Source: Selaginella moellendorffii (Eukaryota > Plantae > Lycopodiophyta). From it: a stretch of 64,000 nt of DNA. Shown piece after piece: positions 37,309 to 48,419 of the stretch (the first letter of the stretch is position 1; every line of letters begins with the position of its first letter). The notes under the pieces were generated by a model. That model ran no database searches and had not been told where the DNA came from. It was given only the letters and a program-made list of their open reading frames with translations. The position numbers and the translations under genes are program-made. The stretch lies in contig NW_003314281.1 of assembly GCF_000143415.4 (NCBI RefSeq), forward strand, positions 2,132,493-2,196,492, read 5' to 3'.

Positions 37309-40300
37309 ATGGTAAGTCTTTTAGATGAAGTAGAAAATGGCATGAGGCCACATGCCATTCAGTAGCAACATTGGCATGCACCGATTGGGCTCTCGAGTGC
37401 AGTCCGGTTACAGATGGCATGTAGCCTCACGCCATCTTAGGATGCAGCCTCAAGACATCTGATGCAGTGGTGAATGGTGTGTGGCCTCACGTTATTTCCA
37501 GCTGCTAGCTTTTCATCTGTCAGCTCTAATTGTTGTGCATTTTTGAACAGGCGAGGAATTGCGTTCTTCTTCCAGCCACTGTCAATGTGGATGCAGAGAA
37601 GGGGGAGGAGCTCACCAGTTGGACTTTCGGGATGGAAGGCGAGGATCTGATGCTGTACAACACAGATGGTGGGAGAAAAGAATGCATGGGGATCCTCATC
37701 CAAGTGACAGACACTCCATGCAGTTCCATGCAAGAATATGGACTGGCACTTGTGGTAGAGACAGCGTCCGCCTTCAAGATCCACCTTGCACATCCTAGCA
37801 GCTTCCCGGAGGGGGGCAGCGGCTATGAGGAATTCCTAGAGGGAGCTAGGGAGAGGTTGTCCAGGAGGCCCACAATTTCAAAGACGCTGCGGGTCTATGA
37901 AGATCACATGGAATCCACGGACCTCACCTACGGCGATGTTCAAAAACTATATTCCAACATTGAGCCGTTGAGAGTGCCTCCAGTTTGCGAAGCGAAGGGG
38001 AAGGGGGTCGATCTGGAAACTACCCCGAAGCAGAAAAGGGTGGTCAAGCTCAAGCCGACGTCCGACTCTGCTGCTCCAAAAAAGAAGCTACTCGGTGATG
38101 CCATTGCCTCGGGTTCGAACACTACACCCACCAAAAAGAAGAGCCGCAAAGAGCAGAAAGAGCAAGAAGAGGCAGCAAAAATCGTCTCAGATAATAGTAC
38201 TTGTTACTATTCCAACAAAGTATATACAATCGACATGAGCCGTATCGAGATCCAAAGCAAATACAACCACAGGCTAGTATCTGATGAGTGGGTGGAGAAA
38301 CTGAAGCAGAAGATGCTGGCAAGTCCAGTAACACCCGACATCGCAGACGTGATCCCCTACTACCGAACAATGAAGGGCGAGACGAGGTTTCCAGACTTGA
38401 TCAATAGGAAGGTGTTGGACGATCAGAACATCCGGTTCTATGCCGTCTCCGGGCAGCATTCTAGCTTGGCGATGCAACAGATAGTTGTGGATATTATGGT
38501 GGGCAAGGAGGTGAAGAAAGTCTTCAAGACAAGAGTTGTCCGCCTGATAAAAGGCAACTCGCCCCTCCGATCTATCATATACATCTCCCACGCGCAGAAT
38601 GTCAAGCAAGAAACGTGCTACAAATTGGGTCTGCACGAGACATTGGCACGAACACGGAAGCTCTGGGTTCAACTGAAGAAGCCACAAAAACCAGGACAAG
38701 GACGTGCACTAGCAACTAGCGCCTGGCAGGTAAGCCTCGTTGCATGTGGCATAGCATGTGGCCTCACGCCATTTCCATTGCAAGAATTCTCGAGTCTTCT
38801 CTCGAAAACACTGGGGGTCAATGACACACTCAGCATCCATAACATTCTACTCGCGACAAAAGTTGTTTTTGACAAATGGGTAGATGTGCTAAGGAGGTAC
38901 CATGACGGGGAGTTGCTAAACTCAATGGGTGTGGAGGACGGCCGGAAGCCCAATGATTTGAAGCTCAACGCCTTGCGTTTCTCGCGGTCTCTAGACGACG
39001 ACGACCTTCTGACAGTGGCTAATGCTCTTCTACTTGGTGAGGTAGTCTTCAACAAGACCAAAATGACTCCCGGCCATATTGTGACATACGAGGACTTGTG
39101 CACGACTCTGAGAGCTCGTGCGCTATTGAAGGATTGGATCTTCGAGCAAGTGGCCGTGGCGAGGGTGAGCATCGACACCACGCAAGAGATGATGGAAGAG
39201 CTGGACTTGTCAAATGAAGACATCGACGAGTACGTGAAGGGGGCCCCCAAGTTCATCGATCTGCTGCGGGATGCCACGAAAAGTAAAGCTGAGAAGTTGG
39301 ATCAGTATCCAAATTTCATTAAGAGGGATGTCGACCGCCGGCTTCAGAAACAGCTCGACCCCGCAGCAGAGGCCTATCGAGAACCTTACCGGGTATACGT
39401 GAATTCGGATGAGGATCAAAGGTGGAGGAGCATCGTTTCCCGCGGAGATGAGCAGGTCAAGAACATCTTTTGTGTGATGGACTTCACAAACGAGGAGATC
39501 ACTCATGCAGACGAAGTCAGCTCCATCATTGACTTAATGGTGGGACTTGCGGAGGTGGAATCTTCAGTCCACTATATGATCTACGACTCCGAATCCTATC
39601 ACAAGTTCTGGAAGGCCTTGAACGAGGTGAAGGCTCGGTTGAAAGGCAAGGAGATGCGGGAGATCCATGGGATAATGGCTAAGAAGAAGATACCGATGAA
39701 TGTCCGCATCTTCACAGTCGCCCTTGTTATTGGTCCTGCAGCAGAGTGGGACTGGAGTGACTTCCCAGCTTCGTTCAACAAAGCCGATCGAATTGATCTG
39801 AGGGAGGTCAATTTACCCGTGCCTGAGGAACTGAAGACGGCTATGGAGCTTTCGAATCCAAAGAAAGCTCCAGGTGCAGCATGGGAAATGCTCAGCTGGG
39901 TCTTCAACGCAATAGCGGGTGACTCCAAGGGCAAATGCGTTGTCGAGTACAACTGCGGCGGACTATTCTTTCGAGCCGCACTACTCAAGGGTGTCCGGTG
40001 TGTTGCGGTGACAAACTCCATTGAAGAGGTGACTTCAATGGAGCATATAATTACAGTTGCCAAAGAAAAACAGTATTTTCTCTGCGAACCTGGTGAGTAC
40101 GCACTTTAAGTTTAAATGTTATCTCATAAGCTCTGTATGCAGGAGCGTGGCCACCCCCAGATGCTGAAACGGCGTTAACAGCTACTGATGTTAGGCCGAG
40201 GTCACAACCTGCACAAGGTAAGGTCACGTGAGGCCTCACGCCATTTTGATTATAGATCGTTGTGAATATTTAGACACGAGGACTGAAAAGCGCACTGGTG

Positions 40301-42899
40301 GCGCGTCGAAGAAGGACAAACAGACAAGCAATAGGAAAAAAGGAGGTACAAATTATATTTGCAATGGCGTGTGGTCTCATGCCATTCCTTGCAGGAGACA
40401 CTTCTTCAAAGGCAAAACAGGCAAGCACCAGCCAAGCTCAAACTGACAGTGGTCATAAAAAGCGAAAGCACGTTGGACAGTCGTCGGGATCAGAGGCGTT
40501 TGATTCGAAAAGGAAGAAGGGCAACGAAAAGATGATAGGTAATGCCTCGCGGTTATGGCGTGTGTGCTCATGCCATTCATTGCAGATCAAGGGCTGAGTG
40601 AAAGCAGCCAGTCACCACCTCATGACTCAGATTCCTATGGCGGACTCCCCTTCCCCAATCTCAATGGAGAGGTACAATGGATGAGGGAAGCTTTTCAAGG
40701 CAGGGCCACGTTTTTCTCATCTCGTCGTCTTCGAAGGGTGCAAGAACGTGCAGAAACCATGTTAAGACAGTCGGGTGAGGATACGGTCCTAGGTCACGCA
40801 CTAAAACAGGCTATGGATGTCTTGTATTTTGAGATGGAGACTCGGCCAGATGATTTTTCCAAGATGGTCCTGGAAAAACAAGCAATCCAGCCTGAGCAGC
40901 CTATGGAAGAAATGCAAGAGGGGGATGAGGAGCCAGAGAAAGATAATGAGCAGGAAGAGCAGAAGGACGAAGAGGAGGACGAAGAAGAGGAGGACGAAGA
41001 AGAGGAGGACGAAGAGGACTTGGATGGTCCTCACAATGGTGACGATCACAATAACGACGATGACGATGATGACGATGATGGCCAGCCTGAGGTGGCCAAA
41101 GAGCAGCGGAGGAAGGTCATACAAGACAAACCATCAGGTAAATAATAGTACATCCATTCCTAACCTTTTACCATTTCTAACATTGTCCATGTAGGTCGCA
41201 GAAGAAATGGTAAGTAGAGATTATTCAGTTGAATTAAGATACAAACTCTAGCCTTTAGTGTCGAGGAAGGATAGTGCCAAGCAAGGGTCGAAACGTATGT
41301 CCAATCCTTCAGAATCAGCAGTGCGCCCAAGTGATATCGGTCCTAGTTCCTCAATAGCAGTTGATGGTAAATACAGTATAGTCGATTCAATGTGCTAATG
41401 AGTTTGTTTTTAGTAGCACGGGAGGATACCATCTCAATCGAAGGGAGATATTTGGACATGCATATGGATCCGCCAGTGGACTCTACTTGCCTGCAAGAGT
41501 CATCAGAGCTGGTGGAGGCTACTATCCATATCAACGCCAAGCAAGCTGACCACGCTCCACTTGATGCTACCCATACCACTGAGTCAATCTTGTCCACGTA
41601 TCCAACTGACGGTGACCAGGCGCTATTGGACCCGCATGAGGCCGCCCCAGCCGCCGAGCCGGTCGTATCCTCATTTCCAACGTGTGCCCAATCGTCTGAC
41701 TACGCGCCGTTGGAACCTCCCTACACCGCCCCTGCTGCCTGTTCGGTCATGTCCACTTTGCCAACGGAGGCACCAGCTGAAATGGCGTGTGATCACACGC
41801 CATCGGAACCACCCCATGCCACTGTTGAGCCAGTTGTACCAGAGTCTACAGCTGAAATGGCATGTGCCCACACGCCATCGGATGCGATTGACCCCACATT
41901 GCAGAGGAGAGTATTTCCGCCCTTCACGTTTCCTCGACCAAAACCCTCTGAACGACCATCGGGAGCACCATTCGCTAATATTGTAGATGGTAAAATTGAC
42001 TTGTACCATTTTTTATGCTAACGCATTTCATTTCAGAGTCACGGCGAAAGTACTGTATCGTTTTTGATCTGAACGGTGTCCTTTTCTCCCATGAGCGTGG
42101 CTCGTCCTCGAATGTCACTGCACCCTCCAAAGCCTGCGGTCGCAAGTTGGTCAAAAGAGACAGATTCACATTAATCACACGGGAGAAACTGCGGGATCTA
42201 ATAATGACCATGCGACACTTAAAACAGAGGGCCGGGTTCAATTTGCAATTGGGAGTTTGGACATCCATGATGCGCCACAATGCATTAACGTTGCTACAGA
42301 TGATGCACGATCAGACGCGAGTAATATTACCATTTGACTTTCTCCTAATGCAGGAGGATTGCTTGACTATGGTCCATGTGAGGGGTAGCAAGCCCATCTT
42401 CGTCAAGGCAGAGGCTGTAGTGATGAACCGGACTGCTAGGTCAAGTGAAATCCTCATCATCGATGACTCGCCGATTAAAACTGCAGCGAACACGCACACA
42501 TATGCAGTGCACCCCATCTCTTGCAGTATGGAAACTAGGGAGAAGAAACCGTATGTTCTGGGGGACCTTGCAAAACGGCTTGAAGCGATGGTGATAGAGA
42601 ACCGGCCAGTCCAGGAGGTGGCTGCAGAAATCAACCAAATGGCAGATGGAACGGTATATCAGAAGCCATTTGATCGGACAGACACCAGTCATCATTTATG
42701 GCATGTATATTGTCTAGCCAAGCACTATCCGCATCTCCATAATCTGCTCAACCGGATGGGTTCTTCGACCACTGAACATGAGCGTGGACGTATTAGAGAA
42801 GAGATGGCATTACTATTGGGTTTAAATCCTGATAGTGTGGAGAGTGATGAAATTCCAAGATTATTGTATAGGCGTTGGAGGCAAAAAATAACAGTCTGA
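37309..42899 (+). CDS. Intact spliced cargo gene (~1630-1650 aa): ParB/Srx-like domain, degenerate N6/N4-MTase-like fold, acidic low-complexity region, FCP1/NIF HAD-phosphatase domain
   Basis: Predicted exons 37309-37311, 37551-40092 (an in-frame 54-nt intron at 38730-38783 has a mutated acceptor), 40143-40217, 40274-40345, 40395-40538, 40586-41137, 41195-41209, 41259-41366, 41414-41989, 42037-42899 = 4950 nt with no internal stop. Motifs NHRLVSDEWVEKLKQKM...FYAVSGQHSSLAM; KGKCVVEYNCGGLFFRAALLKGVRCVAV; IVFDLNGVL...GVWTS...KPIFVK...ILIIDDSPIK. Confidence 0.8.
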
Positions 42900-43330
42900 G
42901 ATGGCATGTATTTATTTAAAAATGTAACTTATTATGGCATGGGGTTCCATGCCATTGTATTAATATTAAAAGACAATTCTTTGAGAGGATTTGCATTATA
43001 CTAGAAGTGTTACAACATGTTATTGGAAGTCTACGAAGTTGTTTTATTAATAAGGGGAAAGTAAAGATTGAATGGGGACTTGGGCTCCACCTAGACTCGG
43101 AGCAACTGAGCCAATATTAAAAGGATGGAAAGAAATTGGACGACGATGACAAGGAGAAGAGAGAGGTGAAGCAGTGAGAAGTGATTGAGTAGACATTTCC
43201 TTGTTTAAAATAAAATGGCATGTGCCTCAATGCAGTTGAATTTTGTTATATTTATATACTATATAAAGGTTTGGAAACCTTATTTTACAAGTGGGATAAT
43301 GACAATTCCCACTTTAACGAAATAGAGCTT

Positions 43331-46300
43331 ATAGGATGGATGCTTTGGTTGGCTCCGGTTCTGGAAGCAATATTATCTCTCTTGAAGCTGCCCTTTCAGC
43401 ACAGACAGATCACTGAGAGCTCCTCCATTGTGCTCAAGACCTTCGCCAACCACATTGTTCCTCCAACGGGCATTTGCTGTGGTGTCAAGGTCTCAGTGCA
43501 AGGTGTTATTTCTGAGGTAAATTTCCTCGTGCTTGACTACCAACGTTTGGGAACGTCCTCTTTGAAGGACTCTATCATCCTTGGCCGCTCATGGCAAGTC
43601 ACAGCCCATTGCACCATCGACAGTGCAAGAGGCAAGATGGAAATTAGTGATGGAACCCATAGCGCCACCTTTTTCAACAACCACGGTAGAGCTCTTTCTC
43701 AGCAAGCTCAGCAGGCTCAGACTAAGATGGCCACCACACCATACTTTCCTCCTGAGCTCACAGAGGCTTTTCTCGAGTTGGCAGTGGAGTCGACCATCTA
43801 TATGATGGATGCTTTCTCATGCAATGTGATCAACATTATTGGAGGTGAGTCAGATAGCTTGAGACATCTCCCAGCTTCACTCTCTTTATTGGAGAGTAAG
43901 GCCAAGCCTCTTGCCATGCCCTCTTTATTTGATGGCGGGGCTTATAGAGTACAGGCCCCCATATCCAGCTTTTCAGAGTGTTTCTCAATAGAGGAAGGGC
44001 TCCTTGATTCATTTCTTGTATGGGACCAACTTTCTCTTATGGAGTTTGATGACACAGTCACTCCAGACTAGGTCTATCTTTCGCAAGACACAGCCGAACT
44101 CAATCCTCCTCAGCAACTATCTGAGGTGTCACACAGCCAGCGTCTTCCTACTAAAATCATTGTGGCTGATGACTTCAAGTGTCGTTTGTCATGCCTTTTG
44201 TTGGAGATGGAAGAAGACATCTAGACACACAACTGGCAGAAAGAATCAAGCCAATCGGACGTGCTGCATGCGAGTTATAGCTCTTTGAGTTCAAAATTTC
44301 CTACCGTGGAGCCCCCTGTACAAGTCCAAGTGTATTACATTGAAACTTCAACACTAGACTTGGACTGGACTTCGGTGGAGGATCTTCCTTCACTTGCAAA
44401 GTACTTGGCTACAGTCCTTGCATTGGACATTGAGCGCTCAAAGCATTAGAAGCAAAGAGAACAACAGACAATGACTTCGGATCCAACAGCAATGTTCTTA
44501 CCAGACTCGCCAGAGACAGTCTTGCCAGATGTGGTGTCCCCAGCACCTTTATTTGAAGAAGAGGGCACTCCTATGATTACGGCTTATTTTGACAGTGCTT
44601 TCTGCCCCAAAAACCAGGTTGCCGGCATTGGAGTTTGGATGATTGATTCTGCGGAGAACAAAGTAGTTGACCTCTCTATCACTTTGCCAGCAACATCAGC
44701 TAATGAAGTAGAGTACTTGGCAGCTATCAGTGCCATGAAGTTGGCCATAGATCTCAAGTTTAGGCGAGTCACTTTCGTTGGAGATGTGCAACTCATCATA
44801 CGCCAATTTACTAGAGAATACCAAGTCCACAAAGAGAACATGAAAGAGCTATGGCAGCAGGCAGTCAACTTGAAGGATGAGTTCTCTCATGTGACTTTTC
44901 AAAGTGTCCCTCGTGAAGAAAACTTTTGGGCGGACAGGTTATCACATCAAGCAATCACTATGATGCGAGAGGCAAAAGGCACATCCTGCTCTTTGGTTTC
45001 CAAGGTCAGGGAGGAATCTGAGATAGATGAGCCCCCTAAGCCCAAGGTTTCTCCTGACTCCAGGGTTCACGCTGTTTTCCTAGGTGATGCAAGGACCCGG
45101 TTTTTATTGCCACATCACTTGCTTCAACAAATGCAGTAAAGCTCTTGGATCTCCTCCACTGTTTCAAGGACATGTTTGCTTGGGACTATAGCCAGCTTCT
45201 AGGAGTTCCCATGGACACAATCATGCACAATATTGTGCTTTCAGAATCAGCCAAACCAGTTCGTCAAAAGATGCGGCGTTTCAGCCCGGCAGCTCACACA
45301 GAGATGAAGTTGGAGATTGAGTGACTTCTGGCAGCCGGCTTTATTTACCCTTTGGAGAGCTCAGAGTGGGTGGCCAATCTCATCCCTACATGCAAGGCAA
45401 ATGGAAAACTCCACCTCTGCGTCGACTTTCAAGACTTGAACAAGGCAACTGTGAAAGATCACTTTCCGACTCTATTTATCGATGCGATTGTGGATGAGAT
45501 GGCTGGACACCGTTACTTCTCTTTCATGGATGGCTTTTCAGGGTACAACCAGATCTTCATTCATCCCAATCATCGAGATCTTACGGCCTTCCAGACACCT
45601 TGGGGCGTCTTCGCTTTCAATGTCTTCCCGTTTGGCTTGTGTAACGTCGGAGCTACCTTTCAGCGCTTTATGACCCACGCGTTTCACGACTTGATTGGAG
45701 GCGCCTTGAGGGTGTATATGGATGATCTGTGCACAGCCTCTGACTCCTTTGAGGACCACTTTGTGCACTTGGAGCAGATCTTCACTTGCTGCCAACAACA
45801 TAGGTTCTCATTGAACCTGGCAAAGTGTAAATTTGGGGTGACTGAAGACTGGTTACTAGGCTTTGATGTCTCGCAGGATGGGATCAAGCCCCAGGTAGCC
45901 AAGGCTCAAGAGATTCTGGATCGGAACCCACCAACCAACGTGAAGCAACTTCGCAGCTTCCTCAGGCAAACGGGTTTCTTTCACCGTTTCCTCCACGACT
46001 ATGCTGCATGTTCACGGCCCCTGATAGCTCTACTACAACACAATATTCCATTTGTCTGGGGTGAGTCCCAGCAACAAGCCTTTGAATCACTGAAGTAGTC
46101 ACTCCGTATGGCCCCAGTACTCCAACCACTAGAACACCAACTCCCTTTTGACATTTACATCACAATGGGTACAGAGGCTTTGGAGTATGCCTTTGCCAAT
46201 GTTCACAGCCTTGCAAGCCACCACATGCAACATACTATGCCTCACATTTGTTCAAGGAGACTGAGAAGAAGTACGTGGATGCAGAACTAAACCTTCGAGT

Positions 46301-47587
46301 GAGTTCCTAGTTGCCGAAGCTGCTTCCTTTGTGGTCCCAGCAACATTATAGGACATTGCAGTTTACCTGGATTCAGGTTAGTTCCCAGTGGATTCCTCAA
46401 TAGTACAACAGAAGGCATTGGAGATCTGAGCATGGGGGTTTTGCCTTCTCGACGGACACCTTTATAGGAGGACTTATCAGGAAGTTTTGTTGTGGTGTGT
46501 GGGTGAACACGAAATCCCTGAGCTGCTTCACACTTTCCACTCTTGTGTCGGGCATTTCTCGAGATGGGTCACAATATAGCTCCTCTTACGCCATGGCTAC
46601 TTTTGGCCTTGTATTCACTAGTACAGGTTGGCCTATGCAAAGGCATGTGAGCAGTGCCAATGGTTCAACCCCCAAAGCCATGTTCCATGTCTTCCTTTCC
46701 AGCTCATTACTTCTCCGGGTCCCTTTTTCTAGTGGGGACTTGACTTTGTCGGCCCGATCAACCCACCGAGCTCAAAAGGACAGCAATACATCATTGTGGC
46801 AATGGACTATTTCACAAAATGGGTTGAGGCCACCCCTCTGTGATAGGCAGATCAACAGTCTATAGCAAAGTTTGTCTACGAGTACATCATTTGTTGATTC
46901 GGAGTCCCTGCCATTTTGGTTTTTGATCGTGGTAGCGGCTTCCTTGGACAGGTGATGCAGCATCTTCTTCAGAAGCTGCAGGTCAAGCATGTGAAGAGCA
47001 GCAGCTATTATCTTGAGTGCAATGGCCAGGCCGAGTCTAGCAACAAGATATTGAAGATAATCATCTCAAAGCTTGAGGAGGATCACCCAAGGCGTTGGCA
47101 CGAGCACTTGGTTACGGCGTTGTGGGCCTTTCGGACGTCCTTCAAGACGTCCATCTCCGCAATCCCATTCTCCCTTGTCTATGGGACAGAGGCCGTGCTT
47201 CCAGTGGAGATCCAGGTGCCATCACTCTCACTTTCACTTCGATACGTAGTAGCGATGCAACTTAGTGATGAGGACAAGCTTCATGCATGTGACTTGGAGG
47301 TTCTTGCCTTGGAAGAACAGCGACAATCCACATTGGACCATCTCCTTCGAGGCAAGCAGAAGATCAAGTTAGTCATTGATCACCAGCTGTCTGCCAAACT
47401 ATTCGAGGATGGCGATCTTGTTATACTCAAGGAGTTCACGCCACCTTCGAAGTTCTACCCTCGTTGGACCGGCCCCTACTTTGTCCAGCGACACATCGGA
47501 GGCAGAGCATATGTACTAGTTGATGCTGATGGATGTGAGCTCCCACACACTCACAACCACTCTCATCTCAAACGCTTCATCTGGTGA
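43331..47587 (+). pseudogene. Tat-like gypsy pol: protease, additional archaeal-type RNase H, RT, RNase H (partly deleted), integrase
   Basis: PR ILGRSW; aRH AYFDSA...NEVEYLA...GDVQLII...VPREENFWADRLS (~44570-44960); RT DGFSGYNQ, PFGLCN, YMDD (45352-46098); IN DRGSGF, NGQAESSNK, WTGPY (46916-47587). Confidence 0.93.
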
Positions 47588-48419
47588 GGCGTTCCTCTTC
47601 TCTTCTTTTTCTGTTTCTTTTTCTTCCTTTCTTTCACTTTACTTTCATGGCTACTTTTCTTACTTTCAGAGGGTGTTTCTCCATTGGACCATGGCCTGTA
47701 CCTTGGATTTCGTGCTCAGGCTGCATTGCCGTTTGTATGGAGGTTCCTCGCTTGGCTCAGTCTATGTTCTAGGTTCTTTGGCCCTTCCCTTACCATTACT
47801 ACATCCCACACATTCCCCTCACTCATTCCATATCATCTACACTCACATTTCCATCACCAATCACTTCCAGCAGCATTGCCCACACTTATCTCTAGATGCC
47901 CATCTTGCATCTTTCATTCTTTCACCATGATTCACATCTCCGTTTGAGGTCACATTTACACCATACCACGGGCACACATGCACCAGCAGCAATAGACACC
48001 CACCTCATTTGGATGTGCCATTTCCGAGATATCCTTACGACTATTTGCCGATGATGCATTAGCTTTTCTGGAGCGACTTTCTTCCAACCAGGTGAACCTG
48101 TTCACTCAAGGCACCTAAGTGGATCTTTAGGCAAGGCTACAGAAGCCAAAGCCACTTTCTTTCGCTCCAGCACTTAGTGGACACATGCCACCTCTCTTTA
48201 CCGGCAACCTAGCGACTATGCCGTCCTTTTCAGCTGCTGACTTCTTCAGTCCGACACATCAGACCGGCCACCTTCTCAGAGTGCCACCACCGTCTCGGCG
48301 CTCCACTATATCACTCCACCATATCGGTGCTGGAGCAGGCGCATGAATAGGAGCGAGAGCAGCGGGGGTTACCAGTTATAGGTACCCGGCTACTGGTTAC
48401 TGGTTACCGGTTACCAGCA

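Larger units (their letters stand above)
29800..43330. mobile_element. Large TIR DNA transposon, copy 2 (13,531 bp), the more intact copy
   Basis: Perfect 24-bp TIRs at 29800-29823 and 43307-43330; TSD atag at 29796-29799 and 43331-43334; empty homologous site at ~50317-50342 (ggtacttcctcttgtaggatggatgc). Confidence 0.96.

Noticed and set aside
6221-43330. Two 14-kb copies as a segmental duplication or an assembly artefact across the N gap
   Set aside because: Homology stops exactly at the TIRs, TSDs and flanks differ, and each copy has private mutations and rearrangements.
29800-43330. Classification as CACTA, Mutator, hAT, Helitron or Polinton
   Set aside because: No CACTA termini or 3-bp TSD, no 8-10 bp TSD, no Rep/helicase, polB or integrase; catalytic motifs are Sola-like.
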